Origin: Bacteroidota bacterium
Lineage (GTDB): Bacteria; Bacteroidota; Bacteroidia; 2-12-FULL-35-15
NCBI GenBank assembly: GCA_040388455.1
Contig: JAZKBX010000120.1
Span: 10,982 to 64,665, forward strand
Direction of reading: 5' to 3'
Length of the DNA: 53,684 nt
Shown: piece after piece, positions 29,504-38,459 of the stretch
How positions within the stretch are numbered: the first letter of the stretch is position 1
Layout: the number at the start of each line of letters is the position of its first letter
Program-made: the position numbers and the translations under genes
Notes under the pieces: model-generated
Seen by the model: the letters and a program-made list of their open reading frames with translations, nothing else
The model's database searches: none
What the model was told of the DNA's origin: nothing

Positions 29504-31543
29504 ATGAAAAAAATATTATTATGTTTATTGTTGTTTCCTATTTTTTCACAAGGGCAAACTATTGGCGCAAATCAAATAAAAAAGGATGCAACATTAACAG
29601 GAAATGCTTTAAATGAATTACATGTTGTTGCTTCTGGAACAGGTGCGACAGGTACAACGGGTTCCACGGGTTCTACGTCTAATACTGGTGCTACCGGTTT
29701 AACTGGTAGCACTTCTAACACCGGTTCTACAGGCGAAACAGGTTCTACAGGTATAATAGGAGTAACCGGATCAACGTCCAATACAGGTGTAACTGGAACA
29801 ACCGGAAGTACAGGATCAGTAGGTGTAACATCAAGCACAGGTGCTACAGGATTCACGGGATCAATTGGAATAACCGGATCTACTGGTAGCACTTCTAATA
29901 CGGGCAGTACAGGTTCTACTGGCATCACAGGTAGTACAGGCTCAACAGGCTCAACAGGAGATAGCTTCTGGACAGATTCAGGCGGTTTAATTTCACCAAC
30001 TACACCTACAGACAGTGTTATGATTACCAAGCTTTACGGAAGTACTTCATCTAATGGTGATATAGCTATTTCAGGAACAACGAGCACAACTAGAACAACT
30101 TCCTCGGTTATACTCCAACCAACTGCTGGAGATGTAAAAATAGGAACATCTTTAGCTATACCTGTTTTATTTACAGGCATAGCAACCAAGTTTACTTTAG
30201 TTGCCACAAACGCTGTACCTGCTATTATGAAATCGTATCAAAATAGTATATCTAGTTGTATTTTCACATTAGCAAAATCAAGAGGAGGGGCTATTGGTAC
30301 AGAACTTGCTACATCAAACAATGATACCTATGGCATTATAAATTTTGAGGGAGTAAACTCTTCAAATGCTATTGCTAGTGGGCCGTATATACAAGCTTCG
30401 CAAGACGGTACAGCAGGCGCTACGTTTATACCTGGCAGGCTTCAATTTTTCACCGGAAGCAATACTGCTACTACTGCCGAAAGAATGAGAATTGATAATG
30501 CTGGAAATGTTGGTATAGGAACAACCCCAACAGCTAAATTCCATGTTGCTCAAACAGCAACAGCTACAGGAGCTTTAACTGGAATTGTTTACACAGGTGC
30601 AATAAATACAAATCAAACAGCCTCAACAGGGATTTCGTCTGTTATATTTACAACAGCAGGTAGGCAGTGGGCTACTGGAGCTATATCTTTGCAACGGGAA
30701 TTTAGAATAACAGCGCCTACCTATTCATTTGTTGGGGCTTCAACTATTACTGAAGCAATTACATTAAGCGCAAGCACTCCTATTGCTGGAACAAATGCAA
30801 CAATTACAAGGGGTTGGGCTGCGAGATTCTTGGGGAATTTCAACGTGTCTGGGAGTTCTTATTTTGGAGATACGTCAATTGCTCCTTTAGCTGTGATTCA
30901 TGCAGTGAAAACAACGGAGCAACTACGATTAGGTTATGATGCGAGTAATTATTATTCAACAACAGTAGGAAGTACGGGAGGTGTTACATTTAATGCCGTT
31001 GGTGCTGGTTCTGTTTTTACATTTAGTGATGCGGTTGATTTAGCAAATAATTCAGTAGCCGTTACTCAGGCACTAAACGACAGTACAACTAAGGTTGCTA
31101 CTACTGCTTTTGTTGACAGGGCAATTGCTTCTACAGCAGCAGGAACTATTTATGAAGCAACGCTAACCTTAACATCTGGTCAAATAAAGAATTTATATAC
31201 TTCTCCGCAAATAATAGTTGCATCTCCTGGAGCTGGAAAATACATTGAATATATTTCAGGGTCAGCAACCTTGACTTATGTTAGTACTACATACACGGGA
31301 GGGGTATATCTTGTTTTGACCTTTCAGTCTAGCAACCCAACAACTGACATAGCTTATAACCCAATTTTAGAATCAACAGCAACAAGAACGGTTAACTGGA
31401 ATGATGATAATTTTTATCCTAACGATGCTACAGGAAATATATTATCAAACACAGCATTGTATGTTGGTTGTTTAAGTTCAAATCCAGCTACAGGCGATGG
31501 CACATTAAAGGTTCGAATTTTATACGCAATTAGAAACTTCTAA
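29504..31543 (+). CDS. Tail fibre-like protein with G-X-T repeat stalk and N-terminal signal peptide
   Basis: [17 protein letters not shown]|Q, ~110 aa TGSTGxT repeat, [15 protein letters not shown] and [12 protein letters not shown] fibre motifs. Confidence 0.8.
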   Translation: MKKILLCLLLFPIFSQGQTIGANQIKKDATLTGNALNELHVVASGTGATGTTGSTGSTSNTGATGLTGSTSNTGSTGETGSTGIIGVTGSTSNTGVTGTTGSTGSVGVTSSTGATGFTGSIGITGSTGSTSNTGSTGSTGITGSTGSTGSTGDSFWTDSGGLISPTTPTDSVMITKLYGSTSSNGDIAISGTTSTTRTTSSVILQPTAGDVKIGTSLAIPVLFTGIATKFTLVATNAVPAIMKSYQNSISSCIFTLAKSRGGAIGTELATSNNDTYGIINFEGVNSSNAIASGPYIQASQDGTAGATFIPGRLQFFTGSNTATTAERMRIDNAGNVGIGTTPTAKFHVAQTATATGALTGIVYTGAINTNQTASTGISSVIFTTAGRQWATGAISLQREFRITAPTYSFVGASTITEAITLSASTPIAGTNATITRGWAARFLGNFNVSGSSYFGDTSIAPLAVIHAVKTTEQLRLGYDASNYYSTTVGSTGGVTFNAVGAGSVFTFSDAVDLANNSVAVTQALNDSTTKVATTAFVDRAIASTAAGTIYEATLTLTSGQIKNLYTSPQIIVASPGAGKYIEYISGSATLTYVSTTYTGGVYLVLTFQSSNPTTDIAYNPILESTATRTVNWNDDNFYPNDATGNILSNTALYVGCLSSNPATGDGTLKVRILYAIRNF

Positions 31544-31546
31544 ATA

Positions 31547-31735
31547 ATGGCAACACAACTAACATTAAACAATCCACCTGAAGGAATGAACGCAATCCAA
31601 ACCTTTGAAAATAAAGAACATTTGGATAGCTGGATTGAAGAAAATAAAATAAAATTAGGATCAATTATAATAGATTCAGAAAGTTTGATTTGTAGCGATG
31701 GGGAGTTTACTGACGTTATAGAAATAAATGATTAA
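31547..31735 (+). CDS. Hypothetical protein (possible fibre chaperone)
   Basis: 62-aa ORF tightly packed after the fibre gene. Confidence 0.5.
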   Translation: MATQLTLNNPPEGMNAIQTFENKEHLDSWIEENKIKLGSIIIDSESLICSDGEFTDVIEIND

Positions 31736-31822
31736 ATGGAACATTCAATAGTAAATTATTGTTTAGTTTATCTGTATTTATATTTTCATTATATTTAACC
31801 ACATAAAATAAATATTAATTTT

Positions 31823-32245
31823 ATGACACATATAGATTCTAAAAAGCAACCCAAACAGCCTAAGTTTGATTGGGGGCAAGTTATAAAGCAAGGTTTTAAA
31901 TCTGTAACAGGATGGCAGAAGGTTGTCTTTACAACAATGATTATTGCTTTGGGTACATGGGTCATTACTTATATCAGGGACCATATTTCATCCCCGGCAG
32001 ACGTAGCAAAAATTAATGCTGTACAGGTGGCTATAAGAGATAAAATAACAAAGGATAGTTTAGTTGCTCTTAACATAGAGGCTAAACTTGTTAGTTTGAA
32101 TTTAAACCAGAGTCTTACGGACCAAAAGGTTTCTCTGATACAGGAGAATGTTAAATCGCAAGGTGAGCTTTTAATTAAAGTTCTTTTTGTTATGAATGAA
32201 GTTAAAAAATCTGTTGATTATAATAAAGCTTATACCGTTAAATAA
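31823..32245 (+). CDS. Single-TM coiled-coil protein, holin/antiholin candidate
   Basis: One TM segment (VVFTTMIIALGTWVITYI) plus coiled coil, upstream of the endolysin. Confidence 0.5.
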   Translation: MTHIDSKKQPKQPKFDWGQVIKQGFKSVTGWQKVVFTTMIIALGTWVITYIRDHISSPADVAKINAVQVAIRDKITKDSLVALNIEAKLVSLNLNQSLTDQKVSLIQENVKSQGELLIKVLFVMNEVKKSVDYNKAYTVK

Positions 32246-32248
32246 ATT

Positions 32249-32761
32249 ATGGATCAGATAACTATTTCAAGAATCGCTTTGCTTCACCCTAAATTAAGGG
32301 ATGAGGCTACTGAAATATATAAAGAAATATATCAAAGGTTAAATGGCCGGGTGATACTTAGATTTTCTCATACAATAAGAACATGGCCTGAGCAGGATGG
32401 ATTATATGCACAAGGAAGAACTAAACCAGGTCCTATAGTAACTTATGCTAAGGGAGGCGATTCTTATCATAATTATGCGCTTGCTTCTGATTGTGTATTA
32501 CTTATTGATAAGGATGGTAATGGCACTTATGAAACAGCATCGTGGGATTTCTTTAAAGATGAAGACAAAGATGGAATAAAAGATTTTGAAGAGATAGACT
32601 TTGTATTCAAGTCTTATGGGTGGGAAGGATTGTACAAAGCTGATGGCAAAAGGTGGGATTTCCCGCACTTTCAGAAAACGTTTGGATACAACATATCACA
32701 ATTAAAAAAGAAGTATCTTGCTAATGATTTTATACTAGGAACTAATTACGTTAATATATAA
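32249..32761 (+). CDS. Endolysin, peptidase M15C (L-Ala-D-Glu peptidase) family
   Basis: R..EQD.LYAQGRTKPGPIVT.A.GG.SYHNYALA.D ... WDFPHFQ. Confidence 0.9.
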   Translation: MDQITISRIALLHPKLRDEATEIYKEIYQRLNGRVILRFSHTIRTWPEQDGLYAQGRTKPGPIVTYAKGGDSYHNYALASDCVLLIDKDGNGTYETASWDFFKDEDKDGIKDFEEIDFVFKSYGWEGLYKADGKRWDFPHFQKTFGYNISQLKKKYLANDFILGTNYVNI

Positions 32762-32778
32762 ATTAAAAAATAGAAATT

Positions 32779-33054
32779 ATGAAAGAAGTAAAATTTGATA
32801 TCCGGAATTTTAGTTTGGCAAATACGCCACCTATTATGCAAAAAATTGGTGATTTAGGTTTGGTAGCATCTGCTATTGGTGTTGCCATTCTTGCAGTCCC
32901 TGATACGATGATGAAAGAAGCTGATTTTACAATTGTGCTCCCTCATTTTGCTATTGTAACTGCAAAAGCATTGATTGGATTAGGTGTTTTAACTAAGATT
33001 GTATCAAAATGTTTTGGCATTATTGTTACAACAATAAACGGGGTTAAGCAATGA
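32779..33054 (+). CDS. Putative holin (two TM segments)
   Basis: 91 aa, 'TP...QKIGD' then two hydrophobic helices, between endolysin and spanin. Confidence 0.6.
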   Translation: MKEVKFDIRNFSLANTPPIMQKIGDLGLVASAIGVAILAVPDTMMKEADFTIVLPHFAIVTAKALIGLGVLTKIVSKCFGIIVTTINGVKQ

Positions 33055-33548
33055 AGATATTTTTAATTTCAGCAGCTTTTGCAATAGTGATGGCTGCATC
33101 TTCTTGTATCACACAGCAGAAATGCCTTGAAAGATTTCCTCCAAATGATTTCGATTCAGTGTTGACTGTTGTCACATTCAAGGATACTATTATTTACGAT
33201 ACAGTTATTATACCTGGTAAGGGTGTGACACTGCATGATACTATTCCATGCCCTGATATTAATTATCACAAGGAAGTTAGCAAAAACGGCATAAAGCAGA
33301 CCGTTACAATAGTTAATGGTGTTTTGGATGCAGCATGTGAAGCGGATGCTTTAAAGGAAGTTATTGCCAGGCTTGTTAAAGAAAAAAGTACACTTGTTAA
33401 GCAGTTAACAATTCGTACACTACAGCCAGTAAAGGTGAATGAACTTACAAAGTTTCAGGGGTTTCAGATAGTGTGTGGATGGTTGTTCTGGATATGTTTT
33501 CTGATAGGCGTTATCTATATAATACTTAGAGTGTATTTTAAAAAGTAA
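33051..33548 (+). CDS. Putative unimolecular spanin
   Basis: Lipoprotein signal ending AASS|C19, beta-rich middle, C-terminal TM helix followed by RVYFKK. Confidence 0.7.
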   Translation: MKIFLISAAFAIVMAASSCITQQKCLERFPPNDFDSVLTVVTFKDTIIYDTVIIPGKGVTLHDTIPCPDINYHKEVSKNGIKQTVTIVNGVLDAACEADALKEVIARLVKEKSTLVKQLTIRTLQPVKVNELTKFQGFQIVCGWLFWICFLIGVIYIILRVYFKK

Positions 33549-33568
33549 GTGTCCTGACAAGTATAAAT

Positions 33569-33600
33569 AAAAAAGCCTCCCAAATCTGAGAGGCTTTTTT
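33569..33600. terminator. Bidirectional terminator between the convergent arms
   Basis: AAAAAAGCCTC-loop-GAGGCTTTTTT. Confidence 0.92.
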
Positions 33601-33601
33601 A

Positions 33602-34000
33602 TTAGCAGAACTTTCTACAACTGTGGAAGATATTCTTCGCTCGTTCAGGTTCCTTATAACTGTAAATTATACTGTTATGCTTATGCTTTATAAACTTGAC
33701 TTTTCCTTTTATGACAGGAAGATAGGCGTATTCATTAAACAAGCTCAGAGGTAGATTTTTGCAATCAGTTTTGTCTGCTTTCGCTGCGACCTTAATGGAG
33801 CCAATGGTTACCATAAAAGGACTCGCGACATCTGCAGAATCAACTTCATAATTAAAATCAGCAACACTTACTTTAACACCATCAGGATTAACCTGCTCAA
33901 TTTTCGATGCCTTATGTTCCCCGGTGTAAGAGGCAACAGCAACGTTTGTAAATGCAGTAGCTACTAAAGCAAGCACAAAAATTAGAATGAACTTTTTCAT
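33602..34000 (-). CDS. Secreted/periplasmic protein of unknown function
   Basis: True start likely MKKFILIFVLALVATAFTNVAVA (ATG at 34000), a classic signal peptide; has its own promoter. Confidence 0.65.
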   Translation of the reverse strand: MKKFILIFVLALVATAFTNVAVASYTGEHKASKIEQVNPDGVKVSVADFNYEVDSADVASPFMVTIGSIKVAAKADKTDCKNLPLSLFNEYAYLPVIKGKVKFIKHKHNSIIYSYKEPERAKNIFHSCRKFC

Positions 34001-34004
34001 GGCG

Positions 34005-34035
34005 CAAATATATAACAATTTAGTTATAGTTCAGA
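34005..34035 (-). promoter_or_regulatory. Bacteroidota housekeeping-type promoter, probably leaderless
   Basis: - strand TATATTTG (34012-34005) then cgcc-ATG; imperfect -33 (TCTG) 19 nt upstream. Confidence 0.6.
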
Positions 34036-34767
34036 TAAATAATTCTCATTTACGCAATACTGATAAAGTTTTTTTAATGATTCAAGAGGTGTTTTGCCTT
34101 TAAAATCTTCTCCAACTGTTTTTGCGGAATTTCTAAGCACAACAGACCATTCGCCATCATTTTCTGTAAGCCAATATAACATAATGGCACCGTGGCCATA
34201 CGATTTATAATTTATGCTTTCAAAGTGTTTTAGTAATTTATTTAATTCAATTATTTTATCAAATTCTGATTCAATGTCAGGCTGAAGTTCTTTAAACTCT
34301 TCTTCAGTGATTAATGAAAATTTGGCATGAGCAAATATGTGAAAATCTGAAACTAATTTCCTGCTTTCAAGGTATTCAACCAGGTTATCAACTCCTGCTT
34401 TAAATATTTCCTTTTTAAAATCATCAAAACAGTTTTTGCAAAATGTTTGTTCGCCATTGCTTTCAATTTTATCGGGATGAAATAAGCCTTCACATGATTC
34501 GCATTTCTCCCAATCTATGTAATCCAATATGGTAGGTGTAGTATCTTCATAAACCTTATAAAAGTGGTCGTCAACAGACCATGTTACTATAATATTATTG
34601 TGGCTATATTGGCAATCAAAACCATGATCATCTAATGATTTTGATTTCGCTTGCTTTTTCCACTCATTAAAATCAATTCCAAATTTTTCTTTAAATTGTT
34701 CATGGAAGTATTGCAATGAATCAGGTGCGGCATAATCTTGTGCCAGCAAAAGTTTTTTGTTTGTCAT
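34024..34767 (-). CDS. Hypothetical protein with CxxC...CxxC zinc ribbon
   Basis: CESCEG...FCKNCF. Confidence 0.6.
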   Translation of the reverse strand: MTNKKLLLAQDYAAPDSLQYFHEQFKEKFGIDFNEWKKQAKSKSLDDHGFDCQYSHNNIIVTWSVDDHFYKVYEDTTPTILDYIDWEKCESCEGLFHPDKIESNGEQTFCKNCFDDFKKEIFKAGVDNLVEYLESRKLVSDFHIFAHAKFSLITEEEFKELQPDIESEFDKIIELNKLLKHFESINYKSYGHGAIMLYWLTENDGEWSVVLRNSAKTVGEDFKGKTPLESLKKLYQYCVNENYLSEL

Positions 34768-34949
34768 GGGTGTCCTATTTTTTTAAGTTTATCTAATTCA
34801 AATGGAAGTGTAACTTCTCTGCATTCACTGTTTCCTATTCTGCTGAAAGTAACGGAGGCGCTTTCACTGACAACGCTAATTACAACGCCATAGACTGTTT
34901 TACCATCAACCTCTAACTTGACCATATCACCTTTTTTAATCTCTTTCAT
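34764..34949 (-). CDS. Hypothetical protein (SH3/KOW-like small beta fold)
   Basis: IKKGDMVKL...GVVISV; overlaps neighbours by ATGA. Confidence 0.55.
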   Translation of the reverse strand: MKEIKKGDMVKLEVDGKTVYGVVISVVSESASVTFSRIGNSECREVTLPFELDKLKKIGHP

Positions 34950-35272
34950 TTGGTTTCAATTTCAACTGTTTCTAATTCACTCTCCCGGATAAGTTTGTAT
35001 ATATCAAAATCATTCAACTCAGAACAGTCACGCATCATCTGAACCAGCTTTTGCATTGCTTCTGCTGTAACGGCAAATCTTTTTAACGCAAATGTGCGGT
35101 AAGGATCTGATTTCTCAGTTAAACGTACCTCCTTTAATGAACAACCCTGAACGCCTTGGTGTGGGTGGAACCAAATGTGAGTTATGTGGTAATTTGCGCC
35201 CTTATTAATCCATTCAGATAAATCAACTTCTTCAGGCTTGTTGTCAGAATCTATGCAAACTGCTGGTATCAT
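34946..35272 (-). CDS. Hypothetical protein
   Basis: 108-aa ORF in tight operon. Confidence 0.6.
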   Translation of the reverse strand: MIPAVCIDSDNKPEEVDLSEWINKGANYHITHIWFHPHQGVQGCSLKEVRLTEKSDPYRTFALKRFAVTAEAMQKLVQMMRDCSELNDFDIYKLIRESELETVEIETK

Positions 35273-35274
35273 AA

Positions 35275-35568
35275 TTATTTTTCCATTATTAATATAATAT
35301 CTGACTTCACTATTGATTCATTCTCAATGCAACTGTGTTTGTAGCCATCAACTTTGAACGTTAATGATTGTGATTCAATAGCATTTACAGAGTATCCTAA
35401 TTTAGAGAATGCTAAAATATTTGCTTCTATTACAAGCATATTGTTTGATACAAAAACTTTTACATCCTTTTTAGAATCTCCACTGTTTGGAGTTACAGCT
35501 GCTGTTATCAATACGCATAATATTAATGCAATTGCCGTTGTTCCTATTGTTTTAAATGACTCTTTCAT
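35275..35568 (-). CDS. Hypothetical membrane-anchored protein
   Basis: N-terminal hydrophobic segment TAIALILCVLITAAV. Confidence 0.55.
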   Translation of the reverse strand: MKESFKTIGTTAIALILCVLITAAVTPNSGDSKKDVKVFVSNNMLVIEANILAFSKLGYSVNAIESQSLTFKVDGYKHSCIENESIVKSDIILIMEK

Positions 35569-35786
35569 ACTTTTGAGTATTCTTTGTTTTTAACAACTTC
35601 TCTGAGCTTTGTGCCTTCAGATGGACTACTACGGATGCTGTCAACTTCTGCTTGGGAAATATCATTGTATTTATACACGGCACCGGAATTAAATCGCGCA
35701 TACATAACATTATTTTTTTCATCATACCAAATAGTAGGTACGGTACTTGACTTTGTTGGGATCATTTTTATGTTTTCCATGGGCAA
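35565..35786 (-). CDS. KTSC domain protein
   Basis: 'MIPTKSSTV..IWYD......ARFNSGAVYKY.DI......SPSEG' matches the KTSC pattern. Confidence 0.8.
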   Translation of the reverse strand: MPMENIKMIPTKSSTVPTIWYDEKNNVMYARFNSGAVYKYNDISQAEVDSIRSSPSEGTKLREVVKNKEYSKV

Positions 35787-36133
35787 TTTGTTATGATTAT
35801 TTTTTTATTTTTAAGTAAATCTGCTACTACTGATGGTTTTTTTGCAAAAGGATTTTTTCGCTCATTAGTATCCATTGTGATGTCAATAAATATGTAGCAA
35901 TGTGTTCTCTCCGGCAACACTTCGAAATCATCTTTGGTGAGAAGCTTTTTGCGCTGGCAACCAATTTTTCTAACCCCTTCCGTAGAAGAAAACCATCTCT
36001 CAACTCGGTATGTTGAGTTTTTCTCTTTTTTCTCGCCTTTCTTTGCCAATTTTACTGTTTGAACGGTATGATCATGCAGTAAAGGCTTAATTGTAGTTGA
36101 TTCATAAAACGGCTTTAAGTCCTTATTGTACAT
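35768..36133 (-). CDS. Hypothetical protein
   Basis: 121-aa basic ORF in operon. Confidence 0.55.
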   Translation of the reverse strand: MYNKDLKPFYESTTIKPLLHDHTVQTVKLAKKGEKKEKNSTYRVERWFSSTEGVRKIGCQRKKLLTKDDFEVLPERTHCYIFIDITMDTNERKNPFAKKPSVVADLLKNKKIIITNCPWKT

Positions 36134-36613
36134 CTACTCTTTTATTTTAAAATAGTATTTATACCCTGATTTCTCATTTCCTTCTACTGGATCAATATTG
36201 AAGTAATGGTGACCATACAGCTCGCTGATAATATAAAAGGAATTATTGTCGTTGTCTTCGTCAAAACCTAAAACCTTGTACTCTTTACCTATTATTAATG
36301 CTTTTATTTCTTTTTTAAGTATTGAATCATCCATTATGCATTCATCTATTGCAATAAGGATTGTTCCTACTTCTAATTTTTTTGGTGGATTAGGTACTAA
36401 AATCCAGTTAACAACATTTTTAAACTCATTGCCTAAAGGCACATTAAAGTAAAAGTTATTTGTATATGTTTGATAAAAATTAGTGAACGGATAAAACCCT
36501 TTAAAGCTGCTGTTATTGTAATATATGGCTGGCAATATTGCACCATATTCTGTTACGAAAATCACTAAATCCTTGTGGTTAGGTAATTCTTTTTCTGTTT
36601 TTATCCAATTCAT
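36134..36613 (-). CDS. DUF551-like protein fused to a second small domain
   Basis: MNWIKTEKELP...VVNWILVPNPP pattern, then 'LEVG..L.AIDEC...LIIGKEYKV'. Confidence 0.6.
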   Translation of the reverse strand: MNWIKTEKELPNHKDLVIFVTEYGAILPAIYYNNSSFKGFYPFTNFYQTYTNNFYFNVPLGNEFKNVVNWILVPNPPKKLEVGTILIAIDECIMDDSILKKEIKALIIGKEYKVLGFDEDNDNNSFYIISELYGHHYFNIDPVEGNEKSGYKYYFKIKE

Positions 36614-36618
36614 AATAT

Positions 36619-37320
36619 TTATCTGCCTTTAAGTTCAATTATAATACAACCCCCAACTCCATAGTACTTTGCAACATCATTCTCGGTAACAATTATTCCA
36701 TCATCTTTATATACCAGGTTACTCATGGAATCGTTAACCAGCTTTTTCAAATTATCCGGAAGATCGGGCCGGGTATTCTTGTAAATTATTTCTCCGTTCC
36801 TGATGCGCTCCATAGTTCCTTTTTTCTTGTGGAACGATTTCAGTGGAGGATACACGAAGTGCATTTTTGTAATATGACAAATTTGCTCAAACATTTTAAA
36901 CCCTTCAGGCAGCTGCTTTTTTATTTGGCGAATATAATCATCCGTTCTAATTCCATGCTTCTCAGGCTGGAAGTGGCCCAAAGTGTTATCACCTTTTACA
37001 TAAGCCCTTACTGATTGTTTTGGCATTGGAATACCGAATAACGTAAGGGTGATTGTTGTTAAATTATTTACTGGTTCAGTTAAGATTATGTTTCCTGTAT
37101 TTTTATAAATATCTGTAAATCTGGAAGCGTCATATCCTTCAAATGCATCGTATTTAATTGATACTTTTTGTCCTGGTTCATCTTTTATTTCAGGTTTTTT
37201 TAATGGTAAAGCATGTTTTTCAACCCAATTTTCACGAGGTTGAGGATTGCTGATCTTTGAGTATGATCCATCAGGATTTTTCTTAAAGCCATCCAGTGAG
37301 AATTGTGTTCCTTTAGCCAT
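36619..37320 (-). CDS. rusA: RusA-like Holliday junction resolvase
   Basis: 'G.PMPKQSVR' and 'RPDLPDNLKKLVNDSM...VYKDD.II...K.Y' catalytic Asp pattern. Confidence 0.75.
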   Translation of the reverse strand: MAKGTQFSLDGFKKNPDGSYSKISNPQPRENWVEKHALPLKKPEIKDEPGQKVSIKYDAFEGYDASRFTDIYKNTGNIILTEPVNNLTTITLTLFGIPMPKQSVRAYVKGDNTLGHFQPEKHGIRTDDYIRQIKKQLPEGFKMFEQICHITKMHFVYPPLKSFHKKKGTMERIRNGEIIYKNTRPDLPDNLKKLVNDSMSNLVYKDDGIIVTENDVAKYYGVGGCIIIELKGR

Positions 37321-37469
37321 TACTTTATTGGGGTGTTACATTTAAATAAAATGTCGTGGAGCTTTATGTGTACATTAATTAACTCAATCTCTAATAATGC
37401 CATTTTTTCTATATCCAATTTAGTGAAAGGTCGCTCTTTCTCCCACCAATCAAGTCTCTCTATGTCCAT
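37320..37469 (-). CDS. Small hypothetical protein (49 aa, not in ORF track)
   Basis: MDIERLDWWEKERPFTKLDIEKMALLEIELINVHIKLHDILFKCNTPIK*; fills the gap, with a TAATG overlap to rusA. Confidence 0.55.
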   Translation of the reverse strand: MDIERLDWWEKERPFTKLDIEKMALLEIELINVHIKLHDILFKCNTPIK

Positions 37470-37710
37470 GGTAAGTTGAGTATTTAGGTTTTGTTATTGT
37501 AAATCCGTTGATCAGTTTGTTGTAAGCACCAATTACTTTTTCGTTATTGGTGTCTAAGGAGAAATTTACTGTAGGGTTCTTTCTTTCAAATCGTTCATTA
37601 AACTCCTTATTGTACCTGTCTTGATAAACCTTTCGCTCGATGTACTCCTGTTCAGATTCTTCGAAAACAAATGATTTACCATATTTACCGCAGTACTTAC
37701 TTCTTCCCAT
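37450..37710 (-). CDS. Hypothetical protein
   Basis: 86-aa ORF overlapping both neighbours. Confidence 0.5.
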   Translation of the reverse strand: MGRSKYCGKYGKSFVFEESEQEYIERKVYQDRYNKEFNERFERKNPTVNFSLDTNNEKVIGAYNKLINGFTITKPKYSTYHGHRET

Positions 37711-37978
37711 TTTTTTTAGCTCTTGTGGCTCTCAACTTCAATTTGATGCTGTACTTTTCACATAACCACATAACATCTTCTGTTTGGATGGCTCCCTTAA
37801 CGTTGCCGTGGTTGCGATACCTGGAAAGCGACTGTTCTGTGAACGTCCTGCCATTATCTTTCGCATCCTTGGTGATTGCCCTGGAAGAAAGTTTAAGTCG
37901 CTCAAATCGCCCATTTAGAAGTGTTCTAACTTCATCGTTATCCTTAATAATACAAGGGTGTTTAGTATCCTGATTCAT
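37697..37978 (-). CDS. Putative HTH DNA-binding protein
   Basis: 'RLKLSSRAIT......TFTEQSLSRY' resembles an XRE-type helix-turn-helix. Confidence 0.5.
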   Translation of the reverse strand: MNQDTKHPCIIKDNDEVRTLLNGRFERLKLSSRAITKDAKDNGRTFTEQSLSRYRNHGNVKGAIQTEDVMWLCEKYSIKLKLRATRAKKNGKK

Positions 37979-37982
37979 AATT

Positions 37983-38459
37983 TTATATATGTCTTTCTTC
38001 GGTTTTGTACTTGCCTAATAAATACTCCTGCGGTGTGTGCACCACTATTCCATGTTCTGCTAACCATTGAATACAAAGCTCACAGAACTCAAACATTTCT
38101 TTACTGTTAAGAGAAGCTGTGCTTATGACATCTCTGCTTTCGCGATACATCGTTTCGCCTCCGGCAATGTATTTTGTTGTTTTAGTGTAAGACAAAAACA
38201 TTGGAGCGAAGTGTTGCAGGTGAATCTCATCTCTACTCCAACCTCTAAACATTTCGTAATTCATGCACTCTCCTAAAATACCGCCTCTATAATAACCGTG
38301 AGCATCCTGACTAACACGTTTTGATTTAAGTTTAATAACTTCCTCAAACTCTTCACCTTCCAGCGAGGAAACATATTCATTATGCAGCATATCGTTGTAG
38401 TAAATGCGTTTGCCATTCACTACCTTCCCAAAATGCTTTATAACCGTTTTTTTAGCCAT
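37983..38459 (-). CDS. NinB/Orf-like recombination protein
   Basis: 'RVSQDAHGYYRG.IL' and 'STASLNSKEMFEFCE..I.WLAEHGI' pattern; start MAKK is coupled to the upstream stop. Confidence 0.65.
   Translation of the reverse strand: MAKKTVIKHFGKVVNGKRIYYNDMLHNEYVSSLEGEEFEEVIKLKSKRVSQDAHGYYRGGILGECMNYEMFRGWSRDEIHLQHFAPMFLSYTKTTKYIAGGETMYRESRDVISTASLNSKEMFEFCELCIQWLAEHGIVVHTPQEYLLGKYKTEERHI

Noticed and set aside
29572-30030. Antisense Pro/Val-rich ORFs (29572-30030, 83-322, 5791-6024) and other opposite-strand ORFs in the track
   Set aside because: Shadows of low-complexity or codon-biased sense genes; they run against the strict strand organisation of each arm
11231-31543. Diversity-generating retroelement (TR/VR pair) between the two homologous fibre tips or in the 24-bp repeat
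   Set aside because: DNA differences between the fibre tips are extensive and not adenine-specific; no reverse transcriptase in the window
31740-31822. Seventh TTGTTACA-type promoter before the lysis cassette
   Set aside because: Only degenerate matches (TTGTTTAG, TATATTTA) at offset 31 instead of 34-35; a promoter may exist but does not fit the motif
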